A DNA stretch of 64,000 nt from NCBI RefSeq assembly GCF_004010195.1, contig NC_057734.1, positions 43,198,957 through 43,262,956 on the forward strand, in the 5' to 3' direction. The stretch's first letter is position 1. The number at the start of each line of letters is the position of its first letter. The stretch is from Chiloscyllium plagiosum (taxonomy: Eukaryota). Positions 38,001 through 49,232 of the stretch are shown in pieces. Under the pieces are notes generated by a model. The model was not told where the DNA came from and ran no database searches. It was given only the letters and a program-made list of their open reading frames with translations. A program made the translations under genes and the position numbers.

Positions 38001-41000
38001 CTCGGTCAAAAGTAATGTGAGAGTAGTAACTACAAAGAATCCAGATAAGCAGTTGGGTTAAGGGAAAGAAGCATTAAAACAAAATAACTTTTCTCGACAG
38101 GCCTGGTTATCACTACAAAGGGCTCCAAAGATACGCTCCAATAATCAGTGAATTAGAGAGATTAAACAATGTGTGATCTCTGGTTCCTGGTGCGATCTGA
38201 CTGTCTGAGAGGGTGTGGGTTAAGAAGTAGTTGATCTAAGGGTTGGAATTTTCTAGGTCTCCAGATGTGTGGAAGCAATCTGTTGTGCACAAATATACAT
38301 ATCATAAGAACTAACTCACTCATCCTAATGTACATTTTTACAAAATATATTTGCAAAGTAATTCAGTTATAGCAATTAATGCCATTTGAAAGATGGAGTG
38401 GATTCTTGTTGTAATGTTTAGGTTAAAAGCATTGCTTACTGATTTAAGCCTTTAAGATAAAGTGTGAATGCAGAAAACTATTTGAAGATGGCCTATAACA
38501 AGCTTGAGGCAAAGTCATTCACTTAACCACCTCTGAAATTATTTATGTTCTGCTGCTTCATCTAATCGCCTGCTTGTTCACTACCTTTGATGCAATGCTG
38601 CCCAAGAGGCACTGTATTCGGAAACTGTCTCCAATTCTCATGTAGTAACATTGTAGATGTCCATAATGTGCTAGTGTGCTTTTGGAAATTGAGTTATTTA
38701 CTGTGTGCAGGTGTAGAGTTAAGTTGGAGAGTGTTGGTAAAGTCAGGATGGTAACTGAGTAAATAGGAACTGCCAAGTTGACCTTTGTTGACATTGCTTG
38801 GGGCCAGGATGACAAGAGGACCTGGATCTATAAAGCTGTTGTCATATTTGTGTTGATACTAAGGCTGTAAAGAAGCTTCAGTTTATCTGTTGGAGCGTCT
38901 TGTTCAAAGCAATGCATATTTGAATGATTGGTGCTGGGAGTTCCTTTCTCAGTCCTACTTCCTTTTTATTCTGGTCGCGAACAAATGTGAATTTACCTGA
39001 AAATTGACACATTGGTGGCTAATACTTTGGTTTAACTAGTTGTGTTGTAGCACTAAATTATTTTATCACTGGTTCTGTGAGGAAGGTTGAAGAAGTAATT
39101 CCTCTAACATTTCCTACAGGGCAAAAGTTACAATTGGCTTTTAAAAAAAGTGCTTTGCGCAAGTGTGGAAACTCAGATTTCTGACGTCTCAGATTAGCTT
39201 CCCAGTGGTCTCCTATATAGAGAAATTAATGCTTTAGAAATTGCATGTTTGAACTGCTTTCAAGATCTTGTTTGTCTTAAGAATTTTCAAGCGAGAGCCC
39301 AGAATTACACCAGATTGCTATAACCTAAAGATCCTCGCATGAGATCACTGTCTTGAGGTCTTAAAACTTGTTGAATGTACAATTGAACTAACCCATCTTT
39401 GCTTCTGGAGAACTTGCAATTCTCCTGCTGAATTTTGTGGGTCAGTTTCCTCTTGGCCTAAGTCTGTATAGGGAGTAATAGTGTTCAAAACGTTGGTGCA
39501 ACTGAAAATTGTTTATAAGGACAATCTGCTCATAGCATCACAGGTTCACAGGATATTTTGGTCCCATCGACCCGCATTCCAGGTAAATCTGTAGAATATA
39601 GTGCTCTTTATATTATGAAAATAGCTTTTCCCAAAGATCACCATTTATTCTTTAATGATTTTTATTACTACAGCTGAACAGATATGTTACTGATCTCACC
39701 ATTTGTTGCAATGTACTGAAACCAGTGCCTGGATAATGACCACTGTAGAAATTTGAAGTTGTTACCACAGTGTTGTATGTTTCTAGATTCAAATTGTGCA
39801 ACTTATAAAGTGCATAGTGTTTTTCTAATGAATGTTGATTTGAAGCGTGGAATTTTCCAACCCTAAGATGTCTGCAGGTGTAAGGTATCGGTGATAAACT
39901 AATAAACTCCTGTGATATTTATTCTGGACTATGTAGAGATATTAGTTGAATTAGCAGAAACGTTTTTAAGTGGTGTGCTGGGCTTGTATATGGAGTGATG
40001 CATGTCTGCTTGGCTGCTTTTACTTGGCTAGCATATGGGAATCTTATGTATCAAAGGCATAATTCCACTCGGGCCACCAACTGAAAATAAACCTTTTCAC
40101 TGAAGATGTTTGTTTGTTTTTTAATGCCTTATTGGGACAACCATTCAGTAAATTGATGGTAATACTGTTGCTTCTAACAATATTTTAGGTGGTCCCTGAT
40201 GAGTCCAAAGGAACATTTTAACTAAGTATCTTGGACAATGTTTGGACTGATTGACATTCTTTTTTTAAACCTAATTTTCCACTGTTGCAATATATCCCTT
40301 TGACTTTGGAGGAAGATAGTTTTGATATGCCAGAAAATATTTCTATTGATCTACAGCAAAATAAATCACCTGACATACTTATAAGTCAGCAAATGCAGAA
40401 TTCTCCTCATACAGTCCTCGTGTCAGCCCAAGCTGCACAGAAATTTGATCTTGTGGTCCCCAGTTGGAAATCTAATGCTCTAGTTATCTTTTTAATTTCT
40501 TGTGTAATGTAATTAACCTCTGAAATTTTATATGCCATAAACAATATGTTCTTCAATTTTAGCTAGGAATGTCTATGTTTCCCAAAGAATTATAAAACAA
40601 GTACTGGGAAGCCCTGTCCACTTGTTATTGTTAATCAACCTGTGTTCAGACATGACACACCTTTTGAGGAAAGTGGGGCTTGAACCAAGACTCCTGGCCT
40701 AGAGGTAGGAGCATTACCATGGCACCACAAGACCCAAATGCTTGCTTGAATAGTTCCTCTATTTATTGTCTGGCTGTAATGGTCTTATCAATTCATCTGT
40801 CTAAACATTGAGTCAAGGATAGAACAAGCAGCAGTTGGTCTACCTTTCAGTCATTGTTTTGTTCCTTTTTCTAGTTGGTACTATTCAAGCTTTCCCCAGT
40901 GTGAGCAACATCTGATGCCTGAGGACTTAAAGCTGTACATTAATTGCTGACTGTAAGAGAATTTAAATGTGTGACAATAAAGAAAGTCTGCACTTATTCA

Positions 41001-42057
41001 TAATATTTTCCTTTGTTTGAAGACCCAAACTAAAGCCAGCTGCAAACTATAGAGCTTGAGATTCTAAAATTTGAAACATATTGGTTGTTGCTCAGTGCTT
41101 AACACATTAGAAGCAATCCGGTTCCTCAGGAACTAGTGTTTAAACCCTAATTCATTATTGATTCCTTACATGATTGCTAGGATCCTAACCCATTATTTCA
41201 AAATGATAAGATAATTTGCAGTAACTGACCATTCTGGTAGCAGAAGATTAGATGAATCTTTTATTATGTGGAAATCCAAAGAAAATAAAGTTTATTTGAT
41301 TTGCTTTAGGAATTGTTTGATTTTTTAAAAAAAACCTTTCCCAAAGATAATTTGAGAAGCACTGATGTAGATGTTGAGCTGAAGAAGCAGGTTCAAAGTG
41401 CTGAATAGTAGTTCCTCTGCTTATTCATGCTGTTTGACATCAAGGAAATAATACAAATGCTATGCCTCTGAGTCTAGATCATTTCTGTTCTTTATTAGAA
41501 CTGGTCAGTTATTCTATCTCCAGTTAACCATTTTTGGCAAAGGACCATGAAGTGGTTAGGTGTTCCTAATCAAACTTAATTCAGTTTCTCTATTTTGCGT
41601 GCAATTTGCCTGCATCACTGAAGCTACAAAACATTGTGCACCATTTGTAACACACCTACAAGACTAGCCCAATGGTATTAGCAATTAATACTTCAAGTCC
41701 AATTTCCCTTCTAGTCACCATTTATTTTAATGCTCATTTTTCAAACATTTGAGGTTGTCCTCGTTTCTTTACATCCCCCTGCCAAATAACACGTGAATTA
41801 TACTGAACTGAGTGCTTTATTGCTTCACTTTGGTGGTGATTGTATTGCATTGCCAATCCAGACAGCTGGCCTATGAGAAGTGTGAGCTCCACAGCTATCA
41901 AGTTAGTCCTGCACTGCAAATGATCAAACACTGTCAGGTCCTGTCAGTTATTTCCCCCACTATATATCCCAAAGCTGGAGCACAAAAATGCATCAAGTAG
42001 ATAAGTGTAGAAATAAAGTTTTGGGTTAGCCATCAATAGGAAACCTATAAATAGGGA

Positions 42058-42170
42058 CTGAAGAAGAGTCATATCAGACTCGAAACGTTAACTCTGTTTC
42101 TCTCCACAGGTCCTCTGAGTTTCTCCAGCATTCTGTGTTTCAGATTCCAGCATCTGCAGTATTTTGCCTT
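42058..42170 (+). mobile_element. PLE-derived repeat with an intact minimal hammerhead core (distinct stem II)
   Basis: CTGAAGA-A-GAGTC-ATATCA-GACTC-GAAACGTT, followed by a TTTCAGATTCCAGCATCTGCAGT tail. Confidence 0.7.
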
Positions 42171-42339
42171 TTAAGACTGTGTTTAATGTGTACGTAAATA
42201 CAAGAATGTATAAGCTAAAGTTGATGATATTAACAGACTTTCAACTGACTTAGTAGTACCAACATCAGCAAATCTTTCTGTTCACAAAATTAAAACGTGC
42301 CAAATTAGTGAATAAGTGAGAGCCTAAATTTCATGGACT

Positions 42340-44450
42340 TTGAGTACTGTCAAGTCTGAACTGCTGCAGTTCGTTTGGTGTAGATAGACCAAAAAGCCAT
42401 TAGGGACGGTGTTCCAGGATTTTGACTTAGCCAAATTGAAGGAACAGCAATGTATTTCGAAGTCAGGATGTTGAGTGGCTCTGAGAGGAAACTGCAGGTG
42501 ATGGTGTTCTGTGTATTTGTCTTCCAAGATGGTAGTAGTCACTTTCTTGCATGGCGCTTGGTCAATTTCTGCAGTGCGTCTTATAGATGATATAGGCTGC
42601 TGCTTCTGAGCCTTGGTGGTGGAGGGAATGGATATCTGTCGAAGGGTGCCAATCAAGCCAGCAGCTTTGCCCTGGGTTGTGTCAAGCTTCTTGAGTTTTG
42701 TTGGAGCTGCACTCTTCAGGCAAGTGGGGAATATTCCGTCACACTTGACTTGTGATTTGCAGATGGTGGACAGCCTTTGGGGGATGGTAAGTGAGTTACT
42801 CGCAGGAATCCTAGATTCAAATCTGCTCTTTAGCTATATAAATTCTGTGGCTACATCAGTTCAGTTTCTGGTCAATAACTGTTGATAGTGGGGCATTTAG
42901 TGATGATGATGTCATGGAATTATAGTTACGTTCTCCCTTGTTGGAGATGGTCATTGCCAAGGCACTTGTGTAGCCTGAATGTTACTTGCTACTTGTTAAC
43001 CCAAGCTTGGATATTGTCTAGGCCTGACTGCATCAGACCACAGACTGATTCCTTAACCAAGGAATCATGAATGGTACTGGACATTGTACAGTCATCAGCA
43101 AACATTTTCACTTCTGACCTTATGATGGAGGGAAGGTTGTTACAACATGTCAGTGAACCCTTCTGCTAATTAAACCAAACACACAGAAAAGCTCACCTCT
43201 CCTCGTAATCTGTTAAAGTATGAGTGACCGAGAACTACCCAAATTCCACTATTTAACAAAAATATCAATTTTATTTTTTAATGCTGAAAGTGAACATTAA
43301 ACAACAACTACTTACAACTCTAAGCTTCCTTTCTTTTAAAGATTTGTTATCTACCTCCCGCTCTATAATAATGTACTAATAGTGAAGCCCCTATTAAATT
43401 TACAGCAGCTTAATTTTCAAAACCAGACAGCAGCTGTCTCTGGTGTCGATCTTCCTGCATTTGTAGATCTTTCTGCAAACACCAGTCTTCTGCAAAGATT
43501 TTTCATATGGAAAAGGTACCTTTGACAGAGTATGGTGAATAGAAGTCTTTCAAATGGCAGATGGTGCTCTTTCGGCTAACTGTCCAAAATGCCTGCTTTT
43601 CTTTTTACACCAAACATCGGATCGTCTCATTGGTCAATGTTACCAAAACATTAAAATTCAAATTCATTCGGATTTTAGTATTTTGGGAAATAATTTAAAC
43701 TGGTTAAATTTGAACTGCCATGAAAGCAACTGAGGTATATAGGTTACAGCCAAATGTTACATCTTTCAATTCTCCAGCACACTCTGACTGCAAGTCAGTT
43801 ACATGATAAGTACTTGCCAGCTTTTATTCTCTCTTAAAGGTACAGTACATGCCTTCAACTTTATAACAAGGTCATTGATGAAGCGGCTGAAAATGGTTGG
43901 CTCTAAGCCACTAACCTGAGGAACCCCTGCAGGGGTGTCCTGGAGCTAAGATGACTGACCTCCAACAGCCACAACCATTTCCATTGTGCTGGGTATGACT
44001 CCAGTCTGCAGAGAATTTCCCCTAAGTCCCATTAACTCCAGTTTTTCTAGGACTCCTTGATAATACACTCTTAAAAGCAATCTTGAGAATTGTCGCTCTC
44101 ACCTTATGTCTAGAATTCATCTCTTTGATCTATGTTTGAACGAAGGCTGTAATGATGTCAGGAGCTGAGAAGCCCTGATGGAACATAAACTGAATGTCAG
44201 CAAGTTGGTTATCAGTAAACAAGTATTACTTTAGCAATGTTGATGATACTTTCCATCGCATTAATAACAATCTAGTCTGATGGGACAGTTATCGGCCAGG
44301 TTGGATTTGCCAAGTTTTTAGTGTACAGAACCTGGTTGTCAGTTTTCCACTTTGTTGGGCAGATGTCAGTATTGTAGCTGCACTGGAAAGGCTTGGCTCA
44401 GGGGCACAGCAAGTTTGGAACATATGTTAGAGCTTCCAGACGTTTCCTGA
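42340..44450 (-). mobile_element. CR1/L2-group non-LTR retrotransposon RT remnant (not HER1), split by a solo LTR
   Basis: Removing 43138-43868 and one TSD copy restores the minus-strand RT reading GVPQVSGLEPTIFSRFINDLPSIIRSEVKMFADDC. Confidence 0.8.
43138..43868. mobile_element. Solo LTR (731 bp), probably Gypsy-type
   Basis: Termini TGTTACAA...TTATAACA (TG...CA, 7/8 inverted match) and a 4-bp TSD AGGT on both sides (43134-43137 and 43869-43872). Confidence 0.85.
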
Positions 44451-45054
44451 TATCATTCAAAATGAATTGATTGAGGACTTCATCTCTAAGTTTGGGGATC
44501 TCTCGAAGTGTTTAGATGTCCCTGTTTTAAGATGATGAGCAATAATGTTTGCATTAATATTTTATCTTGAACCCAAGCATTGTGAGGTATTTCAGAAGAA
44601 ATGAATCCCAATTTTTTTCTATCTGAATGATGTCCAAATGCTTAATTAAGAAGACTGCATGAGAACTGTGTTTTAGAACTGTTGTGCTCATATGGAAGGT
44701 AAACACTGAGATTTACTGGTCAGGTGGAATGGTCTGGTTTTGTATGTGTTTCTGTGTTTGGCAGGTTTCGCTAAGACAGAGAGAGGTGCTTGTAAAGTTC
44801 CTTCAGGCACGTTGTTACACTTCTCATGGAATAAGCACATTTAAAGAAACTTTATCTGATCATAAAGTCCAATACTTTTTTGGTGCAAAAGGCCTTTGTG
44901 TTAACCCGTATTATTGCTGCAGCAAACAGTGATAAATTGGATAGTTGTATGTTGATTATCACTTTGACTTGGTAAGCGCCTAGATTTTTGGTGAGACCTA
45001 AATGGAAAACTTGAATTAAAAATTCTAATCAAAGACTGTTCGGTTAATTATTAC

Positions 45055-45225
45055 CACCATTACAACATTTTAAAAAACATTTGGACAGGTACATTGTTAT
45101 GAAGGATTTAGAGGGATATGAGCCAAAAACAGGCAAATGGAATTAATTCAGTTTAGGAAACCTGGTCAGCATGGACAAACCGGGCCAAAGAGCCTGTTTC
45201 CGTGCTGTATATCTTTGACTCTAGA
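45055..45225 (+). mobile_element. CR1/HER1 3' tail fragment
   Basis: TTACAACATTTT...TTTGGACAGGTAC...AGAGGGATATG...CCTGTTTCCGTGCTGTAT...GACTCTA. Confidence 0.75.
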
Positions 45226-47028
45226 CCTAGATTGTGTAATTTTGTACGGAATGAGTTTTACTGTTCAACCTGAAAACAATAATGTAGCCACAACTTTGTG
45301 AGGCTGATAATGAATAAGCATTCTTGTTGAATTACAGATCTGTGTAGGCAACAGCCCAGGTGATTTACACAGTCTGTTCCTAAACCTAGTCTGTCCCATT
45401 AACACTCAAGTAATCATTATTGAGTGAAGTTCTAATATGATTCCACTGGTGCCTGTTGTTGGAATAGATGCGCTTGTTACGTGTCGATTTATGAATTCCT
45501 ATAATCTGACTTCCTATTTTGGCTGCTGGCACTGTGGCAGACCTGCTTGCTTTGTGCTGTAGTTTAGTGCTGTGGGCAATGGCAGGGGAAGCAGAAGTAG
45601 GCTGCCAGTAGTTGGCTTCCACATTTCCTTTTTTTATTTGCTATGCTAAAAGCTGCTTTTCTAATTCACTTTATTTCCAGTTCTCTGAACGCTTTGGACA
45701 ATTGCTGGTGTTCCTGTGAGACCAAGAGGAAAGATGTCCATTATAAATAGTCTTTGTGGACAGGTGGGAATGAAATTAGGACCTCAAAAGAACAGGTGTA
45801 CAAAAATCATAGTCACACTCAGGAATTAAGTACATTTAAACAACACAATGATGTCAAAAGTCTTTTCAGCAGTAAAATTTTCAATGTTGACTGACCATTG
45901 TTGATTGTGTAAATAGTTTCTAAGCTAGTCATTAAATTTCCCCACAGAGCATTGACTGTTTTGTGCAGAAGATTCATTCTATCTGTGAATCTTCTGCCTC
46001 CACTCTCCTTGTGTAAGACAAGTACTAGCACAAGTTTTAGTCCTGCTTCTATTTGAGCCATGTGTGCTTTCAAATTAATGAACAGTTTTCACTATACAGC
46101 TTCCAAATGAAAGAATGTGTTCTACACATGTAATTTCTCAAGTTCTTAAATTAACCTTTTATTGGTTTACAGACTTAATTTACTTAATGCCCATTTTTGG
46201 TGAGAACAATTTCAGTTTATACCAGGAAACAAGTAATTTTCTGCATTCGGAAGGGATGATTTACATCAGGATTTAAGGTTTTTGCTTTTGCAAATTCATT
46301 AGTAGTTTTGGGAAAGATGATCTGTTTGCCTAATCTCATCTCAGACAACTTTATCTCAGGCAGCAAAAGAAAAGCCAGGCTCTACGCAGAGGGCAGGCTT
46401 ACTCCACTATCCCTTACATGCTAATCTCCTAATCTTAACAGTGTAGCTATAGCAACCAGCAAACTCCTGTGTCCACCACTGTAGGAAGTGAGGTCTGCAG
46501 GATATCCTATCTTGAAGTTGCCTTACAATGTAGCACTGGTTATTTGCACAACTTTACAATTATGTCATTTAGATCATGCAGAGGTTAAAAGATACACCAC
46601 ACTACTAATTCAAAGTTACTTTAAGTTTAACTAAATCATCATGCATCATCTTAAAACTCACATGACACCATCATTATTACGCTAGGAGGCCAGGATTTCA
46701 CCTGTGTCAGTAAAACCCCTTTTTAAAATTGAATATGTTGCTTTCCTTTTGGCATCATTTCTGTTGGATTGAATCAAAACCACCGGTGGGTTGTTGTCCT
46801 CTCAACAAATAAACAGCATATTTACAGAGCAGCCAGAGCTCCATTTTCTTATCAAACAGGGTATGTTAGTGTACTCTGACCCATCTTTTCTTAGAGGAGC
46901 ACCAGCAAAAAGGGACATATCACCTCTAGTTGCTTGTGATGATTTATTTTCTAGAATGTCCTGGATTATGAAACTGACTGCTGTTTTCTTCCCCCACCCT
47001 CCCTTACCTCCTCTCTACTTTACCTCAG

Positions 47029-47210
47029 TGAGAAATAAATCCAACACTGCCATCAGTGGAGCACAGACACAGATGGAGCGAAGCACCAGCCGTGAAGGAT
47101 CCAGCCAGCGGGTGCCACGGCAGCCTAGTGCAACCAGAGTCCCCAAAGGCAGTGGTGCTGGGAAAACCACAGGAAGTGGCAGCAGCTCACAAACGACATC
47201 CAGTCAGTAG
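47029..47210 (+). CDS. MZT2: MOZART2 last coding exon
   Basis: Long polypyrimidine tract and CTCAG|TG completing Val. Encodes RNKS...ERSTSREGSSQRVPRQPSATRVPKG, matching the MZT2 C-terminal motif (REGSSQRMPRQPSATRLPKG). Stop TAG at 47208-47210; spliced CDS is 513 nt = 170 aa. Confidence 0.93.
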
Positions 47211-47398
47211 TCTAAAGAGTGTTTACCATTTGATATAAAGATGACAGCATTGTTGGGCAGGCCATGTTTAAAATGGGGTCCAGATCTGATTTTTGATTTG
47301 TTTCCCTCATCTGTTGACTATTTGGTAGCAAGTGAAGTCAACTGCCACTGGACTGGTGAGATCCCTTTGGATTTTTTATTTTGGTGCAAGTTTGCAGG

Positions 47399-47404
47399 AA
47401 TAAA
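47399..47404 (+). terminator. Candidate MZT2 polyadenylation signal
   Basis: First AATAAA after the stop codon (~190 nt downstream), followed by GT/T-rich sequence. Confidence 0.55.
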
Positions 47405-47816
47405 CTTGGTTCTGTGACTGTCATCTTTCTCACTATATGTGAGATCTGGTAATTCAGGATTTTTCTTTCATATTTTATATTTTGCTACAAAAACACATCA
47501 GTTAAGAGGTGCTGTTTGAACTGAAAAATGCTGGCCAATATTGAGGTAAGTAAATTCCTATGCAAGTACACCAGATGAAACTAGACAGATAGGTGGAGAA
47601 CATATTTTCTGCTTCACCCCGGACATTAGTACTTCTTCCCCTTAAGTGTGAAAATTACATTAAGGCAAGTATTGTGGACTATTTCATAGTAGTAGGAGTG
47701 GCCCATTCAGTTCTTAAAGCCTGCACTGCCACTTACTTAAATGGAGGCTGCTTTGTATGAATATCTACTTACCTTCAATTTTAAATGGAAAACAATAGGC
47801 AGTGAGCACCAAAATC

Positions 47817-48207
47817 ATTATAGAATCCCTACAAGCCATTCAGCCAATTGAGTCCACACTGAACCTCTTAAGATCATGCCTCTCAGACCCACCCTCCAAC
47901 ACTATACCTGTAATCCTGTGTTTCCCATGTCTAATCCAGTTAGCCTGCACATCCTTGGACGTTATGGGCAATTTAGTATTGCCAATCCACCTAAGCTGCA
48001 CATCATTGGACTGTGGGAGGAAACCTGAGCACCTGGGGAAAATCCATGTGCCCATTGAGATATTGTGCAGACTTCACACAGACAGTTGCCTGAGGGTGGA
48101 ATTGAACTTGTTTCCAGTTCTCTGAAAGATTTGGACAATTGCTGGTGTTCCTGGTCCTTTGTGCTGTGAAGCAGCAGTGCTAACCACTGAGCCACAGTGC
48201 TGCCCCA
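47817..48207 (-). mobile_element. HE1-like V-SINE carrying a 43-bp foreign insertion
   Basis: Reverse-complement head GGGGCAGCACTGTGGCTCAGTGGTTAGCACTGCTGC; insert at 48111-48153. Confidence 0.8.
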
Positions 48208-49044
48208 TGTGCAATTAGTTGCCAAGCTCTTAGGGCTGAACAGTGAATGACTAAAGCTGAATCTTAATTTCCTATATCCTCCTATAAAACATCACTCTGT
48301 TAGCATGCAAATTCACAAGTTTCACCATAAGCATACATTGTGTTTAAATTGATAACCGCAACCTTGCTGCACATCCACTGCTACCAATCAAAGGTTGATC
48401 ATGACACCCACAGATTAGCAGATCTCTAGCTACTTACAGTAATCAGTTACCTGTTGGTGTATAGTTGAAACAGTGCTTATGATGTACAACATATTTTGTG
48501 TGCATATATCTTCCAAAGGCGATACATGCTCCAAATAAACTACTTGTATTCTTGTATTTTGGAAATGAATGGGTCTTATCAACTCATTTTAATAACTTCA
48601 CAATTCCTTAAATTCCTTAAATTTACATAGTATCAAATTTAGACTCACTTTTTATTTTCTCCATGTAGCTTTCTATATGCTATAATTGTAACAAGCTTTT
48701 TGTGTTGATTTGATCTGTCGGTGAAGTGGGCAGTATGAAATAATCAATAAGATCTCAACATTAATACAAAGCCAAAATATGAAATAGAGACAGAAAATGC
48801 TGGATCCTAACATTGGTTTGTACTGCCAGAGCAAATTTGTTTTTGCGATGATCTTTCACATTCCTGTATGCTCCTGTCGGAATTCTTCCGCTCTATGCAG
48901 TCTTACTTGAAACCTACATGAAGTATCGAGTTTTTGCATTTTCCATTTGGACTTCCTTTCTTCTCCATTAAGCCTGTAGTGCCGTTAAGTGTTCAAGCCA
49001 GCTCTTCTTTTCTGGAGGTGATAGATTGATATGGTTCCCTAATA

Positions 49045-49232
49045 GGAGAAAGTGAGGACTGCAGATGCTGGAGATCAGAGCTGAAAATGTGTTGCTGGAA
49101 AAGCGCAACAGGTCAGGCAGCATCCGAGGAGCAGGAGCATTCCCGAAGGAGGGCTCATGCCCAAAGCGTCAATTCTCCTGCTCCTTGGATGCTGCCTGAC
49201 CTGCTGTGCTTTTCCAGCAACACATTTTCAGC
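49045..49232. mobile_element. Palindromic PLE-derived element
   Basis: Inverted arms GCTGAAAATGTGTTGCTGGAAAAG...CTTTTCCAGCAACACATTTTCAGC; TSD ATGGTTCC(C)TAATA at 49031 and 49233. Confidence 0.8.

Noticed and set aside
44533-44627. Box C/D snoRNA-like ATGATGA...CTGA in the MZT2 intron
   Set aside because: No terminal stem and no recognisable rRNA or snRNA guide; such words are common in AT-rich DNA.
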